The notes below the pieces were generated by a model. That model saw only the letters and a list, made by a program, of their open reading frames with translations, did no database searches and was not told the DNA's origin. Of a stretch of 64,000 nucleotides of DNA, positions 40,445 through 53,446 are shown piece by piece. The translations under genes were made by a program, and so were the position numbers. Origin of the DNA: the human T2T-CHM13v2.0 reference genome, Homo sapiens. How positions within the stretch are numbered: position 1 is the first letter of the stretch; the number at the start of each line of letters is the position of its first letter. The stretch is taken from NCBI RefSeq assembly GCF_009914755.1, contig NC_060945.1. One strand, written 5' to 3'.

Positions 40445-41001
40445 TGCTAAATTGGATATTCACTGTATTTTCTTATTTGCTTTGTTCTTGATGCTCTGGC
40501 ATCTAGGGCCTTGTTGACAGGAGGAAACCACCCTTCCCAAGGCTTTACTATCCCAAAGATTGTAAAGGACTTGCCCTGGAGCATGCTTTTCATATGAAAA
40601 CTAACCAATCCAGAGGCCTTACTTTGAACCACCTTCTCTCTCTGGCTCTTACACTCCAGGAGGTAATGTTCCTCTGCTCTGATCATCTCAGGACCAGGTA
40701 CCAGACAGCTAGAGACAGCCCCTATACCCTGGAGCCTATCAAAATTACTTAATCTAGCAGATCATACACCTACCTAGTCTGTTTACCCTGCCTCACCTGT
40801 TCCTTCCCATGAAAACCACAATAAAGATGTCTGCCTCTGCTTTCCCCATTTCCCCACTCTGCTTCCTTATAAACTTTGGTCCTTCCATTTGTAGCCCCTC
40901 CTCTTGGGAACTGTGAATAACAAACTATCTTGTCAGTAACAGTCATCGTCTGATTTGTTGGCCTCACCATACTGGAATAATAATAAAACCTATTTAAAAC
41001 A
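40445..41001 (+). mobile_element. MER74-type ERVL solo LTR
   Basis: TCTTGATGCTCTGGCATCTAGGGCCTTG..., CACAATAAAG signal, ends TTTAAAACA; homologous to 8237-8783. Confidence 0.75.
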
Positions 41002-42244
41002 AACTGTTAGGATCGTTTTGCTTATACATTTCTTCTCTATGTGTTCTACTCAGATCCTCCCAAACTTCAGAAGTGTCAAAAAATACTAAATGCAGATTAT
41101 TAAATCTTGACCTTAATTAGGTTCCATTGTGAATTTTTTAAATAAAAAGATTGTTTTAGTATTAAAAAAATTCTTCACAAGGGATAACAAGCACATCTTG
41201 GCTTTTGTCCCTTCTTACAGATTTTTAGCATAAGCTGAAAGAAAAATAAAACTATGGGAAAGATTTTGCCAGACAAAACAGAACAATAGGCAGAGTTCCA
41301 TGTAAAATGCCTGATTGGTGCAGGCAGCCAGTATCCTCTAATGGAAAAATTCACAAATGTAACAAAAATAAATGGTGCATCATACATTATGTTTGTCAAT
41401 ACTTTTGTGATGATTTATGCTAGAATGGCAAGCCAGAGATTGCCTAATTTTATGTCCTATGCTTTAAGACCAGCCTCCCATACTTTCCTGAACGTCTGAA
41501 GAGCTTACAAAAGGGCTTTTGCTTTGTTTTACTCAAAGAAAAGTGAACTCCTTCTCTTACTAATGATTTGAGCATTTTCCTCTCAGGAAACAAATAATAT
41601 TTAAGCAAGTGATTTAGCATGACACTATTTTTTGCTTCTAATGTAAAAGGCCTATTACTTACAAAGAAAAACTAGATATTTATAAATAAATTATTTTGTT
41701 AATAATGTGCTGTTCCTTTACACATCTTATTATCTTGTATTAATAGCTCTAGCCATACTGACATTTTTAGTTTTATCTATACATGATATTTTCTCTAAGA
41801 GGCAGATTTTAGAGGCCAGTCAAGCATTTGGATATAATTTTGTGCAAGGATTTTTTTTAATTTACAAATAATGGTATCACATACCTGAGCATCTGCAAAT
41901 AAATTGGTAACTGCTATAGTTACAAATAAACACACACTCATGTATGCACACACAACCATGATCATAAACATATCCCTGTGCCTCTCCCTTTTCTATGCAC
42001 ACCTCATACATATAGGGGGTATGTATGTGTATACCTGTGTGTGTGTGCGTGCATGTTTTTAATACTAAAACAATCTTTTTATTTAAAAAATTTGCAATGG
42101 AACCTAATTAAGGCCAAGATTTAATAATCTGCATTTAGTATTTTTTGACACTTCTGAAGTTTGGGAGGATCTGAGTAGAACACATAGAGAAGAAATGTAT
42201 AAGCAAAATGACCCTAACAGTTTGTTTTAAATAGGTTTTATTAT
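40980..42244. repeat. 189-bp inverted repeat (arms 40980-41168 and 42056-42244, 887-bp spacer)
   Basis: Manual base-by-base comparison: ungapped, about 5 substitutions. Confidence 0.95.
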
Positions 42245-42639
42245 GTTTGTGTGTGATACTCTTATCAACTAATTGGGCAGTAGATTTTGTATTATGGCAA
42301 ACATATCACTTTAGAATTTGACATGCCTGTGACTGACACCCACACTACAGCATACTTACTTCATCATTGTAACTTTGGATATTTTAACATATTTGGATGT
42401 TCATTTATTTTTACAACAGGAAGAATAATTCCTATCTCACCAAGTTACTAAGACGGTTAAATATGGCTCCACCTGCCTGAAATCCTTTTTCTCCTGACCA
42501 TCCACACTGATGTCTTCTTGTCCTTTGAATGTCGCTCACTGTTGTAGAAAGGGTAACCCTGACTAATTAGCTAACATAGCCATCTAATGACTGTTATATC
42601 TCTTGATTCATAGCACTTGTTTATGTCTGCTTTGATCAT

Positions 42640-42900
42640 ATTCATTTCATTAAATATATATCTTACTCCCTCTGTAAGAGAACAAATGCTGTGAGAACAG
42701 GACCTTGTTTGACATGTTCATTATTCTAGCATCCAGTGCCTGAAAACATGCCTGACACATAGTAGTCACTTGATCAATATTTGTATGAAGGAAAGAAGGA
42801 AGGAAGAAAGGAATAAAAGGAAGAAGAGGGGTTTGGTGGGAGGGAGAAAGGGAGGGAAGGACAAAGGAGTGTGAAAAAGAGGGATGAAGGGAGGCAGGAA
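42640..42900 (+). mobile_element. L2 3' end followed by a GA-rich tract
   Basis: GCTGTGAGAACAGGACCTTG...CCAGTGCCTGAAAACATGCCTGACACATAGTAG. Confidence 0.75.
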
Positions 42901-43291
42901 GAAGTTTAAATGTCCAACACAATGACTAACACATTACATAGGCACTCAATATACTTCAATTTTCTATTTTGTAATCTGTGAATTTTGGTAAGTTTCTTAA
43001 ACTCTTTAGGCCTCGCTTATCTTATCTGTAATAATGGTACATGCAGTACCATCCATTAGGATTGTTATAAGGAATAAATGGAAAACAAAGAAATAAATGC
43101 AGAGTATATTGCACTGTGCAGAACTATATACTCATTAAATATTACATATTAATATTTTTGTTACTTCCCCCAAATGATATCATCGGACACAAACTTCTGA
43201 GTTCAATTAGAATTTATAACTTACGGATATGAATTTGTTCAAATAGTGTTATATTTCCTTTTATAAAAATAACCATTTGAGATATATGAAA

Positions 43292-43374
43292 CTTGAACTC
43301 TTGGCCTCAAGTGGTTCTCCTGCCTCAGCCTCCCAAAATGCTGAAATTACAGGCATGAGCCACTATGCCTGGCC
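43292..43374 (-). mobile_element. Alu/FLAM 5' fragment
   Basis: CTTGAACTCTTGGCCTCAAGTG...GAGCCACTATGCCTGGCC. Confidence 0.8.
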
Positions 43375-44393
43375 ATTTGTGATGTAATTAATAAGCAATC
43401 AAGGAAATACTTAACTGTACTTATAATTATTAAGTTAATGTGACCAAAGTTAAACTTTAATACAAGGAATGTGTGAGCCCTTAACTAAAAATTATAATCC
43501 CTCTGCTTGTTTGATGGCTGAATCAAATAAACCATAAGAAAACCACTAGAAAATTATACTTGTTTTCAATACATTCTTATACTTCTGAATAGATAAAGAA
43601 GCCACCTTAAGTTTTTATTAAGAACAGTTTTTCTAACCGCAAACAAGAATAAAACAATAAGGTAAAATGCCACCAGAAAATGAAAACGTGAGTAATGACT
43701 TTCTTTTCATTGCCTGATGGGTATAGAGGGTTATTTTTTCCCGTACAGCATAGTTTAATTTTTTTTCATTTCTTATAATGAAATTACTGAGGTACTTTAA
43801 TGAAGATTTCCTGCAAAATAGATTAAAACTTACAAAGTGATACAAGATTTGTGCTTTCAGCCAGAAATTGTCTTTTAATTGGCCAGTACAAAGACAAGAG
43901 AAGCTAAGGGAAATGGAATACCATTTGTGTCATTTCCATCACACCATTTCTTATTCTCAGCACTTACTGAGTGTGTAACTGCTGAGAGATTTGCCAGGTG
44001 TTCACTCACAGATTGATAGCTCCATGTATAATTCCAAATGATAGAGATGGAGTGTTGTGTCCTCTGATAGCAGAAGCAGCAGCCACTGCCTTCCCCACAA
44101 ACCTGTCACAAAGAAATCAGTGGGGATTGGATTTTGCCCTGACCTGGATAAAAGGACACTTCATCACAGCAACAGCCTGCTGGGAGAGGAGGGAATAGAC
44201 CCTGCTCTTGCTGCTGCAGATGCCTGCAAAGGATCTTTACTTGGAGGGGTCTTGGAGCTCCTTTCTCCGCAGCTACACCAAGTGGCCAGGTATATGTGCA
44301 CATATACAGTAGCCACCTGCTTTCACTGTTGCATGTTACGCAATGAATCTCACCATGGGAGTGAAGATGCTTCTGGTTCTTCAAAGTGAGACA

Positions 44394-44412
44394 GGAAGAG
44401 GAAGAAGAAGAA

Positions 44413-44444
<32 letters not shown>

Positions 44445-44656
44445 AGGAGGAGGAGGAGGGAAGAGAAGAAGAAGGAGGACGAGGAGGAGGAGGAGGCGGT
44501 GGCGGTGGCAGTGGCGGTGGAGGAGGAGGAGGGGGAGGAGGAGGGGGTGGAGGAGGAAGAAGAAGGAAGAAGAGGAAGGAAGAAGAAGAAAGAAGAAGAA
44601 AGAAGAAGGAAGAAGAAGAAGAAAGAAGAAGGAAGAAGAAGAAAGAAGAAGAAGAA
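44394..44656. repeat. Compound (GAA)n/(GGA)n purine-rich triplet repeat
   Basis: Directly visible; central GGCGGT/GGCAGT interruption. Confidence 0.95.
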
Positions 44657-45219
44657 CACTGTTTGGTGGGAGCTATATTCCAGGCTCCATAGCTGGTTAC
44701 TCCAAGTGAAGAAAATGCGGCTTCAAGAGGTTGTGAGGCTTACGTGGCAGGATGAGGGAAGTGAGGGTATGGGCATTTATGTGATGTAGCAGCAGCAGCT
44801 TGTCCCAGTGGGAAAACCTCACCCTGAGAGGTCATGGGAAATCCCGAGAACCACATAGCACTTCCCATCCTCCATCTTTCCTTTCAGTACAGTTCCCCAC
44901 AATCTCTACTACCACCCCCACCCTCTGCACCAGGCTCTTATCTACGTTTTTTGGAAAGAAGACCATCAGTTCAACAAATGAGCATAAAACAAGACTCTCA
45001 CAGCTGGAGCCTCTCCCACAGTTTGCGCTTTCTCCTGAGAGACTCTTTGATCTCTCCTGCCATTGTCTTGGGGCCATCCCAGTGGTTCTTCAGACATGCC
45101 TGAATATGTCTACATTCCACCAGCAAATGCCCAGACTGAGGGTCACACACCTACCCACACAGACACAAAAATAATCTCACTCATCAACAGTGGTGCACTA
45201 AGTCTAAGGTTACAAGGAA

Positions 45220-45960
45220 CAGTGACACACAGGAAGTGTGCTGTCAGATAAGAGAGTTATACACTTCAAGGGACAACCAAAGTGGACTCTGATGAGGACC
45301 TGCATGGAAGGGTCCTGGTGTCTGTGCGTGAACACTGGAGGGACACTTAGGTCTGTGAGGCCTCAGGAAAGGCTTCTGAAAGCAAGAGGCCCTGAACTGA
45401 AACAGCTAGGTGTCTAAGTGTTCTGTGGCTGAAGGCAAGAAGCAAGGACAATCTAGGTACAGGGAAGCTGACAAGGGAAGGCTCAGAGGCAGAAAATACT
45501 TGGGTGAATCCAGAGCCCCCATCTCGCTTAATATGAGAAAAACCTAGAATCCCATGCAGGGAGTGGCAAGAAACCAAGCTGCAGTATCAGCAGAGACTGA
45601 GTCATAAAGGGCACTGAGGGACATAGCAGGAAGCTCAGATTTTGAACTGACAGAAAAAAAGAGTCCCTGATAGACTCAAGTTTCTCTCTCAGATTGATAG
45701 CTTCATTTATAAACCCAATGATAGAAATGGAGTATTGTCTTTGAATAATAGGAGCTATCACGATTATACTGTAGAGCTTTTGGAAGGCTACCCTGGAGGC
45801 AGTGTAACAGAAGGTCAGAAATTAAGAGGGTCACCTGATGAGGCTACTGCAATAGTCCAAGGGGATGATGGTTTGGGCCTGGACTAAACTATGGCAAGTA
45901 GGGATGGGGAGTAGATACCAAGAGGAGAGTAGCAGGTAGCAGGGCCAGATGACGGCCTAA
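45220..45960 (-). mobile_element. L2 remnant
   Basis: TCAGGAAAGGCTTCTGAAAG; GAGGCTACTGCAATAGTCCAAGG...GGCCTGGACTA. Confidence 0.6.
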
Positions 45961-46674
45961 ATCGAGGGGTACAAGAGAGCTTGCATGAAATAAACAATCA
46001 GCCCTGGCAGGACTGACTGGGACTGCCCTTGCAGGACGAAGAGAGGAAGGGTTAAAACTACATGTCTTGAGGCTATTTGCCAATGTCCTTAGGAAGCAGG
46101 GAGTATGGCTAATGGAGCTTTTAGTCCTAATTAGCCAAAACTGGGATCCTGCCAATTTTAGAGGCTTTCAAGGGGCATGCTTCAAGGAAGAGTCCCCCTG
46201 AGCTTAAGTAATGAGTGATGGCCTGCCATCCAGCCCAGGGGCAATGTCTCTAACCCTGGGTCATGCCAGAATTATACTCCCTTGACTAAACACATCAGTT
46301 TATCCAGGACCCAACATATTTCATTTTATTTAATATTCCCCCAAACCCCAAGTAGATGTACTTACTACTCATTTCACAGATAAGGAAACAAGCTTCAGGA
46401 GAAGCAAGGCCATTTTTCACATAGTTGGTAAGCATTCAAAACAGTATTCGAATGCTGGCCTGTCTGATTCCTGGGTTTTATTCTATCCACTATGTACAAT
46501 ATCAGAGGGGTCCATGTGTTTCTCTTCTGGACAGAGAAAAGAGTGAGGAGACCTCAACAGTGGACACTAGCCTCCACAATTCAGAATGAAGTAACCTGGG
46601 ACTTGCAGAAGAGGGAATCCACATTGTTTCAGTTAGGTAGCATTTGGTGACAGTGATAACAATGATAATGAAAA

Positions 46675-46920
46675 CAGCAGCAACTAATATTTACTGAGTG
46701 CTTCATATGCACTAGACATTGCTCTAACTCATGTAATCCACCCAAAAACCTACAGAAATAGGTATTGTCATGATGTCCAGATTGTTGAGTGAAATAATTT
46801 TACAGATGAGGAAATGGGCCCAGGAGAATTAAATAACTCTTCCAATTGACAAGGTAGAGGTGGAAACAGCATGGAAATTCAGGCATCCAGCTTCAGAGCT
46901 CACTCTCCTAACCACTATAT
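46675..46920 (-). mobile_element. MIR
   Basis: ATATTTACTGAGTGCTT...ATTTTACAGATGAGGAAA. Confidence 0.75.
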
Positions 46921-48361
46921 TATGTTCTCTATGGTCAGGTTGAACACAGTAGTTTGCCTCATGTTCCTTTATGGTTTGTGAATGCGGCTGAAAAGTCCCA
47001 CAATCACTAAAAGACAAAACACAGTCAAGCTTTTTATTCTTCCTTCAAAAAAAAAAAGTTGATGGGAAAGGGTGATAGTACACACATAGGGTCCGGCAAT
47101 AAATCATTTTTTCCCTCCCGTTTCACAGTGAAGGGCATAGGAATGAAATGAGCTTTTAGAATTCCTGAGAATCATAGGCACTCCACCCTAACCACAGATG
47201 CTGGAAGCTGCATTATGATATGTATTACATTCAAATGTGGGAACCCAGGGCTAATTTTAAGCAACAGTTCAAGCTGGATGTAATTAAAACCTGCAGCATT
47301 CTACTTCTGGAAATGACTAAGAAGCTTGTATCGTACTAATCCTCTCACAGGTGACAATTGTAAACTATAGCCAAGTTTAAAACATTATTTGAAGGCACTG
47401 AAGAAGGAAGAAATGCAGGCTGAATGTGGAATAGAGTCAGCCTTCAACAAAGAAAACTGCACTGTATGTAAATGGATTTTGCAGGGTGTTTCACCTGAGA
47501 ACACAGCCCTGTCTGCACAAGATGAAGTGGCTGAGCTCCTGCAGAAATATGCAGTCTTCCTTGTTTGAGAAGTCAGAGTATGGAGTTCATAACTGGAAAA
47601 ACTTCTGGGGTGTGAGGTGGGTAGGAATGCCAAAAAGGAGGATGTCAAGGAGGGGGGATCCCCCAAATCTGTGTGCAGACTTTGCCCCAGTTCCTGGCTG
47701 ACTACACACGCATAAACTGCGCATGCATGTGGAAAATGTCAAGGGTCCTAGAAGGAGGCAGCAGATGGAGGACAGAGGGAATTGAGAGGAGATATCAACT
47801 GCAGTCCCCCACAGACAGGCAGCCAACTTCACCACCCTCTAAGGCAGAACTCAACACTCTGACCAAGTCTCTAAAACAAAACATTTACAAAGCCCATAGT
47901 AAAATAAAATATTGGTAGACATGTGAAGAAATAGAAAAATGGGACTCAAAAAAAGAAAAGCAGTCATTAGCAACCACTTCTAAAGAGACCAAAAGTTTGG
48001 AGTTATGAGAGAAGGAGTGCACAGCACCTATGAAGAGTATATGCAAAGATATAAAGGAACACGGGGTCATGGTGAGGGTCAACTGGGAATCCTGGCAGGA
48101 GAAAATAAATATATATACATAAAGAAATAATTATAGAACTAAAAATCAAAATGTCTGAGATGAAAAATTCAATTATTTTCCTTAAGAGCAGATTGGAGAA
48201 AGCAGAATAATAGACAGAGACAAATAGAAAGCAAGTAAGAACTTGATAGACATGAACCTAATGATATAATTCATTACATAAATGTAGATGGAGTAAACAT
48301 TTAAACTAAAAGGTATAAATGATCAGACTGTACAAAAATATAAGACTAAACTATATGCTGT

Positions 48362-48835
48362 TTTTCTTAGTGATGGTTCTCTAGAAAAACAGAGCCAATA
48401 GGATGTGTGGGTGTGGATGTTGAGGAGAGAGAGAGAGAGAGAAAAAGAGAGAGAGAAAAAAAAGAGAGAGAGAGAGACTTATTTAAAGAAATTGGCTCAT
48501 GTTACCTTGGAACCTGGCAAGTCTAAAATCCGCATAGTAGGCCAGCAGGCTGGAGACCCAGGAAGAATTAATGTTGCAGCTCTGGTTCAAAAGCAGATGG
48601 CAGGTAGAATTCCTTCTTCCTTGGGTGGGGAACTTCCATCTTTTTCTCTTAAGGCCTTCAACTGATAAGAGGATGCCCACCCACATTATAGAAGATAAAC
48701 TGCTTTACTTAACGTCCCCTGATTTCAATGTTAATCTCACCCAAAAACTGTCTTCACAGCAACATCCAGTCTAGTGTTTGACCAAATATCTGGGTGCCAT
48801 GACCTTGCAAAGTTTATGTTAAAGCATAAAATTAC
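48362..48835 (-). mobile_element. MLT2-type ERVL LTR with (GA)n
   Basis: GGTTCTCTAGAAAAACAGAGCCAATAGGA...GAAATTGGCTCATG...TTGACCAAATATCTGGG. Confidence 0.75.
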
Positions 48836-50269
48836 AGAACCTTTTTATCCCCTTATAGTCTTGGCTCATCTTTATGTTTTTGAATCTCATAACTGCTTCT
48901 GTTTGATCACAGCTTGATTCACTGATCTTATTGCATGGAGGCATTGCCTTCTTTTATTCTATTGAGAATGGAAAATTGTTTCCAAAATAATTTATTTCTG
49001 GCTTTTCTATAAATCATTTTGAAAAGTCTCTGTGCTTCTCTGAGTCTTCAGGGATACTGATTCTTTCAACTTTTTGAATCTTTTGTTCAAATCAGGACTG
49101 TATTGATCTTTTTCTTTTAGATTCATTCTTCACAAAAGAAACATTTATCTAGACTTGACAAAAGCCTAGAGAAAAATGTGTTAATTGCCCTTTCATAGTT
49201 GATTAGATTACTGGTTATATTGGTCAAGGCTCATAGTGGAAGAAAGTAGAATGCACTCTATTTGATCTGAAAAGAAAGTGATGTATCAGATGGAATGATG
49301 AACCTTACAGAATCTCAGTGAGGCCCAGGGCATAAGGTTTAATTATCACATAATCAAAAATACAGCAATCAAAGGAAATGCCCAACCACCTATGGAACTG
49401 TTTCTGTTGCTGCTGCCTACTGCTCAGTACCTAAGTTTCTAGGAATCAGACTTCAGAAACTGCCAGACCTGCAACGGGAGAATGAACGTTTCTGTCACGA
49501 ACCATGGCCACTGGCTCCCATTGTTCACACCCTCCTGGTCTCATGTGGACATCTGCTTGGCAGAATCTAAGCCACATGCAAAATCTTCTCTGCTAAGTAC
49601 GGTTTTTAGTCTCCTGGCATCTGTTATACTAGAAGGTTCAGTAGAAGGAAGTGGGAATGGCAGCGGAGTGAGCCAGTGAAAAATCTGCTGCACTAAACAA
49701 TCTCAGTGCTGGATGGAATACCCACATCTCAAATCCAAGGTCTAGAAGACCTTTATCCATGGTGGCTTCACTGTAAATGAGTGGACCTCTCATCATGTCA
49801 CTGATTTTCTGGGACTCTATACTAAAGAAAGATTTTTTAAAAATTGCAATTCCTTCTTATATCAACTCCAGGGCTCCTCCTTCCTGCATCTTCCTCCACA
49901 AAGCTTTATTTTCTTAAATGAAATGTGTCACCAGCAATCTCTCCCCAAACCTTCCACACCACAACTCACCATACTCACTAGATTTTTGAGAATCTTAGTC
50001 TTGAGTGAAAATACAAGTGTGTGGGGAAAAAAAGGAGAAGTAGATTCTGACCACCAACACAGTAGAAGACGAGCCACATGGTTTCCAGGCTGGCACAGAT
50101 CCTGGGTACATGAGCTGGGAACAGACTTGATGCAGGGATAATTTTGGGTAAATTAATTGACCTGTTTAAGGATATTTGGAATAAGTTACCTATAAGCAGA
50201 ATTCTAGAGGTAATGTCCTATGATTTTATAAAATCTGGAAGTCACTCATTTACATATTGGAAATTCTTT

Positions 50270-52610
50270 TTCTTGACAAAAATGATTCATGACTTCAACA
50301 AATGGTGCTAGAACAACTGGATGTCTATGTTCAAAAGAATGGTGGAGTACCCCTTCTTCACTCCACACATCAAAACCATCTCATTGTTCAATTCCCACCT
50401 ATGAGTGAGAACATGCAGTGTTTGGTTTTTTGTCCTTGTGATAGTTTGCTGAGAATGATGGTTTCCAGCTTCATCCATGTCCCTACAAAGGACATGAACT
50501 CATCATTTTTTATGGCTGCATAGTATTCCGTGGTGTATATGTGCCACATTTTCTTAATCCAGTCTACACCTGGGACTGTTGTGGGGTGGGGGGAGGGGGG
50601 AGGGATAGCATTAGGAGATATACCTAATGCTAAATGATGAGTTAATGGGTGCAGCACACCAACATGGCACATGTATACATATGTAATAAACCTGCACGTT
50701 GTGCACATGTACCCTAAAACTTAAAGTATAATAATAAAAAAATCTCTGAAAATATACCCAAGACCTAGATGTAAAAATTAAAACTATAAAACTTTTAGAA
50801 GAAAACATAAGAGTAAATATTTGTGATTTTGAGTTAGGCAATAGCTTTTTAAGATACAACACCAAAAACACAAGGGAAAAACAAAACAAAACAAAACAAA
50901 ACAAAATCAGTGAATTGAACTTCACCAAAACTAAATGGGACAACATATTTAAAAATCACATATCTGATAAGGGACTTGTATCCAGAATGTATAAATGATA
51001 CCACTTGCAACTCAGCAATAAAAAGACAACCCAATTAAAAGCAGACAAATAATTTGAACAGACATTACTACAAAAAAGAAATACTAATGATCAATAAGCA
51101 CATGAAAGATGTTCAACATCATTAGTCTTTCAGGAAATGGAAACCACAAGACATCACTTTACACCCACTAGAATAGCTCAAAAAGAAAAGGCAGACAATA
51201 ATAAATGTTGTCAAGGATATGGTGAAATTGGAACTCTCATTCATTGCTAATGGGAGTAAAAGAGTGCAGTCAATTTGGAAAACAGTTTGGGAGTTCTTCC
51301 AAAAGTTAAACATAGAGTTACCATATAATTCAGCAATTCTCCTCCAAGAATACTAAAAACATGTGTCCACACAAAAATTCACACATTAATGTTCATAGTA
51401 GCATTATTCATAATAGCAAATAAGTGGAAACAGCCCAAATATCCATCAACTGATAAATGGATAAATAAAATGTGGTATATTTATTAACTGAAATATTATT
51501 TAGCAATAAAAAGAAATGAAGTACTGATTCATGTTGAGCATCAGTGAATCTTGAAAACATGATGCTAAGTGAAAAGAGCCAGTCACAAAAGACCACATAT
51601 CACATGATTCAATTTATATTAAGTGTCCAAAATAGGTAAATCTATAGAGATAGAAATCAGATTTATGCTTGACAAGGGATTGTGGAGGAGGGGGCAATGG
51701 GAAGTGGCTACCAATAGGTGTGGTGTTTCTTTTTGGGGTAATGAAAATGTTATAAAATTAGATAATGTTGGTAATTGTACAACTTTGTGAATATACTCAA
51801 AATCACTGACTCATACACTTTAAAAAGGTGAATTTCATGGTGTGTTAGTTATATCTCAAAAAGGCTATTAGAGATTTACTGGAATTTCACAAAAATAATT
51901 GCTTATTTAATGCAAGTTTATTCATGATATTCACATTATTTGAAGTATGAAAGTTCATTGTTTGAATTAATTAAAAATTAAAACAACATATCAAAATGTG
52001 TGGGATACAGATTTAAAGAATCTAAATTTTCATTTTAAGATATAGAAAATACAAGCAAAAGAAAATTAAACCCCCAATAGAAAGAAGACACAATAAACAT
52101 AAAAGTAAAAATAAATGAAATAAAAACTAAAATATAATGATAATGATGATGATAATAATAATAATGGTAATAATAGTAACATGAATGAATCCTGCAGCTG
52201 TTTTTTTTTAAATGAATAAAATTGATAAAACTCTCACTAGACTTATGCAGAAAAAAAGAAAGAAGACACAAATTACCACATTAGGAGTAAAAGAGGAGCA
52301 TCACTACAGATCCTATAGACTTTAAAAGGATCATAGGAAATATTATGAGCTGCTTTATTCCAATAACTTCAACAACCTAAATGAAATGGATAAATCCTCT
52401 GTCATAATGTTACCTTGCTTGTATTGGAATGTGTTTATTCTCAGGAGACCCATGCAGAAATATTAGATAAAGTGCAACTCACTTTCAAATGGCTCAGCAA
52501 AATGTCAACAGTTGTTGAAACTAAGTAGTGAATATAAAAATGTTTATTATGTTATTCTTTTATTTTACCTTTTCTGTATTTTTGAAAATTTTTGTAATGC
52601 AAAATTGGGA
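50270..52610 (+). mobile_element. Old L1M fragments (ORF2 end/3' UTR; host of a younger L1PA)
   Basis: TTCAACAAATGGTGCTAGAACAACTGG; AAACTTTTAGAAGAAAACATA; AAAGTTAAACATAGAGTTACCATAT. Confidence 0.8.
50378..50742 (+). mobile_element. L1PA3/4-type 3' end with 5' inversion
   Basis: Antisense segment 50378-50566, then sense 3' UTR (G-rich tract, CCTAATGCTAAATGA) and A-tail. Confidence 0.9.
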
Positions 52611-53340
52611 GAAATAAATCAGGTATGAATGCATGTTAGTAGAGAGGCTTTCACTCCGGGTTAGTCATTTCAAGTAGGGCTGATTATGGAAAGGACAATG
52701 TCATGACCTTTTCACCCAAAAAGCAGTGTTGTAACCTTCCTTTTGTGTCTGGATGAAGCTTCTTGGTGACACTGGTAGGCTATGGAAACTCCCACAGAAC
52801 AAGCACAGAAAAACTCACACAGACATGAAACCTTGGCCTAAGGGGACACTTATTGGACACTAATTACCCTTAAGAGCTCTGTTAACCCAAACTTCCCATA
52901 AACCAAGCTTGGTATGAAATAAGAAAATGCATAAGGAAGCAAAATGCTGACATGACCAAATTTATCAGTCCTGAAAGTCCTTTCTTCAGAAGTGATGTTG
53001 CAATTGTACAATAATAAACAATAGAAGGTTGACAATCTCATGTTTGCAGGCAGAGAACAGCTTCCCTACATTTCTAAGAAGCTGTATATTTGGAAATGGA
53101 TTAAATTGAAGGTAGGGATAATTGGCATTCTAAAGCCAAGTAGGATGAAACAAGCAGAATTTTCCATATTTTAATATGTCTCTTTTTAATTAGAGTATCT
53201 ATAAAGGAAACAAATTATTGTATAGTTACCGATTCTTTTTAATGAACAAGGAAAAATGGTCTAATAATATGAGCTTCCTTTTGGACTTGGGTCCTGGCTG
53301 ATGTTGGGTATCCAAGGACCCTCGCTGTCTTTTTTTCCAT

Positions 53341-53446
53341 GTTGGACGGGTAATGTGCCCACATTGTAACAAGGTTTGAGGAAGGCACATCTCACACATG
53401 CACATGTGAACACCCAAGCATCACGCTTATGAACTACAAAAGGATC
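53341..53446 (-). pseudogene. U13 (SNORD13) C/D snoRNA retrocopy
   Basis: Reverse complement GATCCTTTTGTAGTTCATAAGCGTGATG...GTGTGAGATGTGCC...AACCTTGTTAC...GGGCACATTACCCGTC matches U13 along its length; short A-tail; degenerate TSD. Confidence 0.9.

Noticed and set aside
40980-42244. Interpretation as a DNA transposon with long terminal inverted repeats
   Set aside because: No TSD or transposase remnant seen, and one arm includes the end of an LTR, which fits local duplication better
44343-44789. Overlapping E/R/K-rich and S/F-rich ORFs
   Set aside because: Produced by the stop-free GAA/GGA repeat
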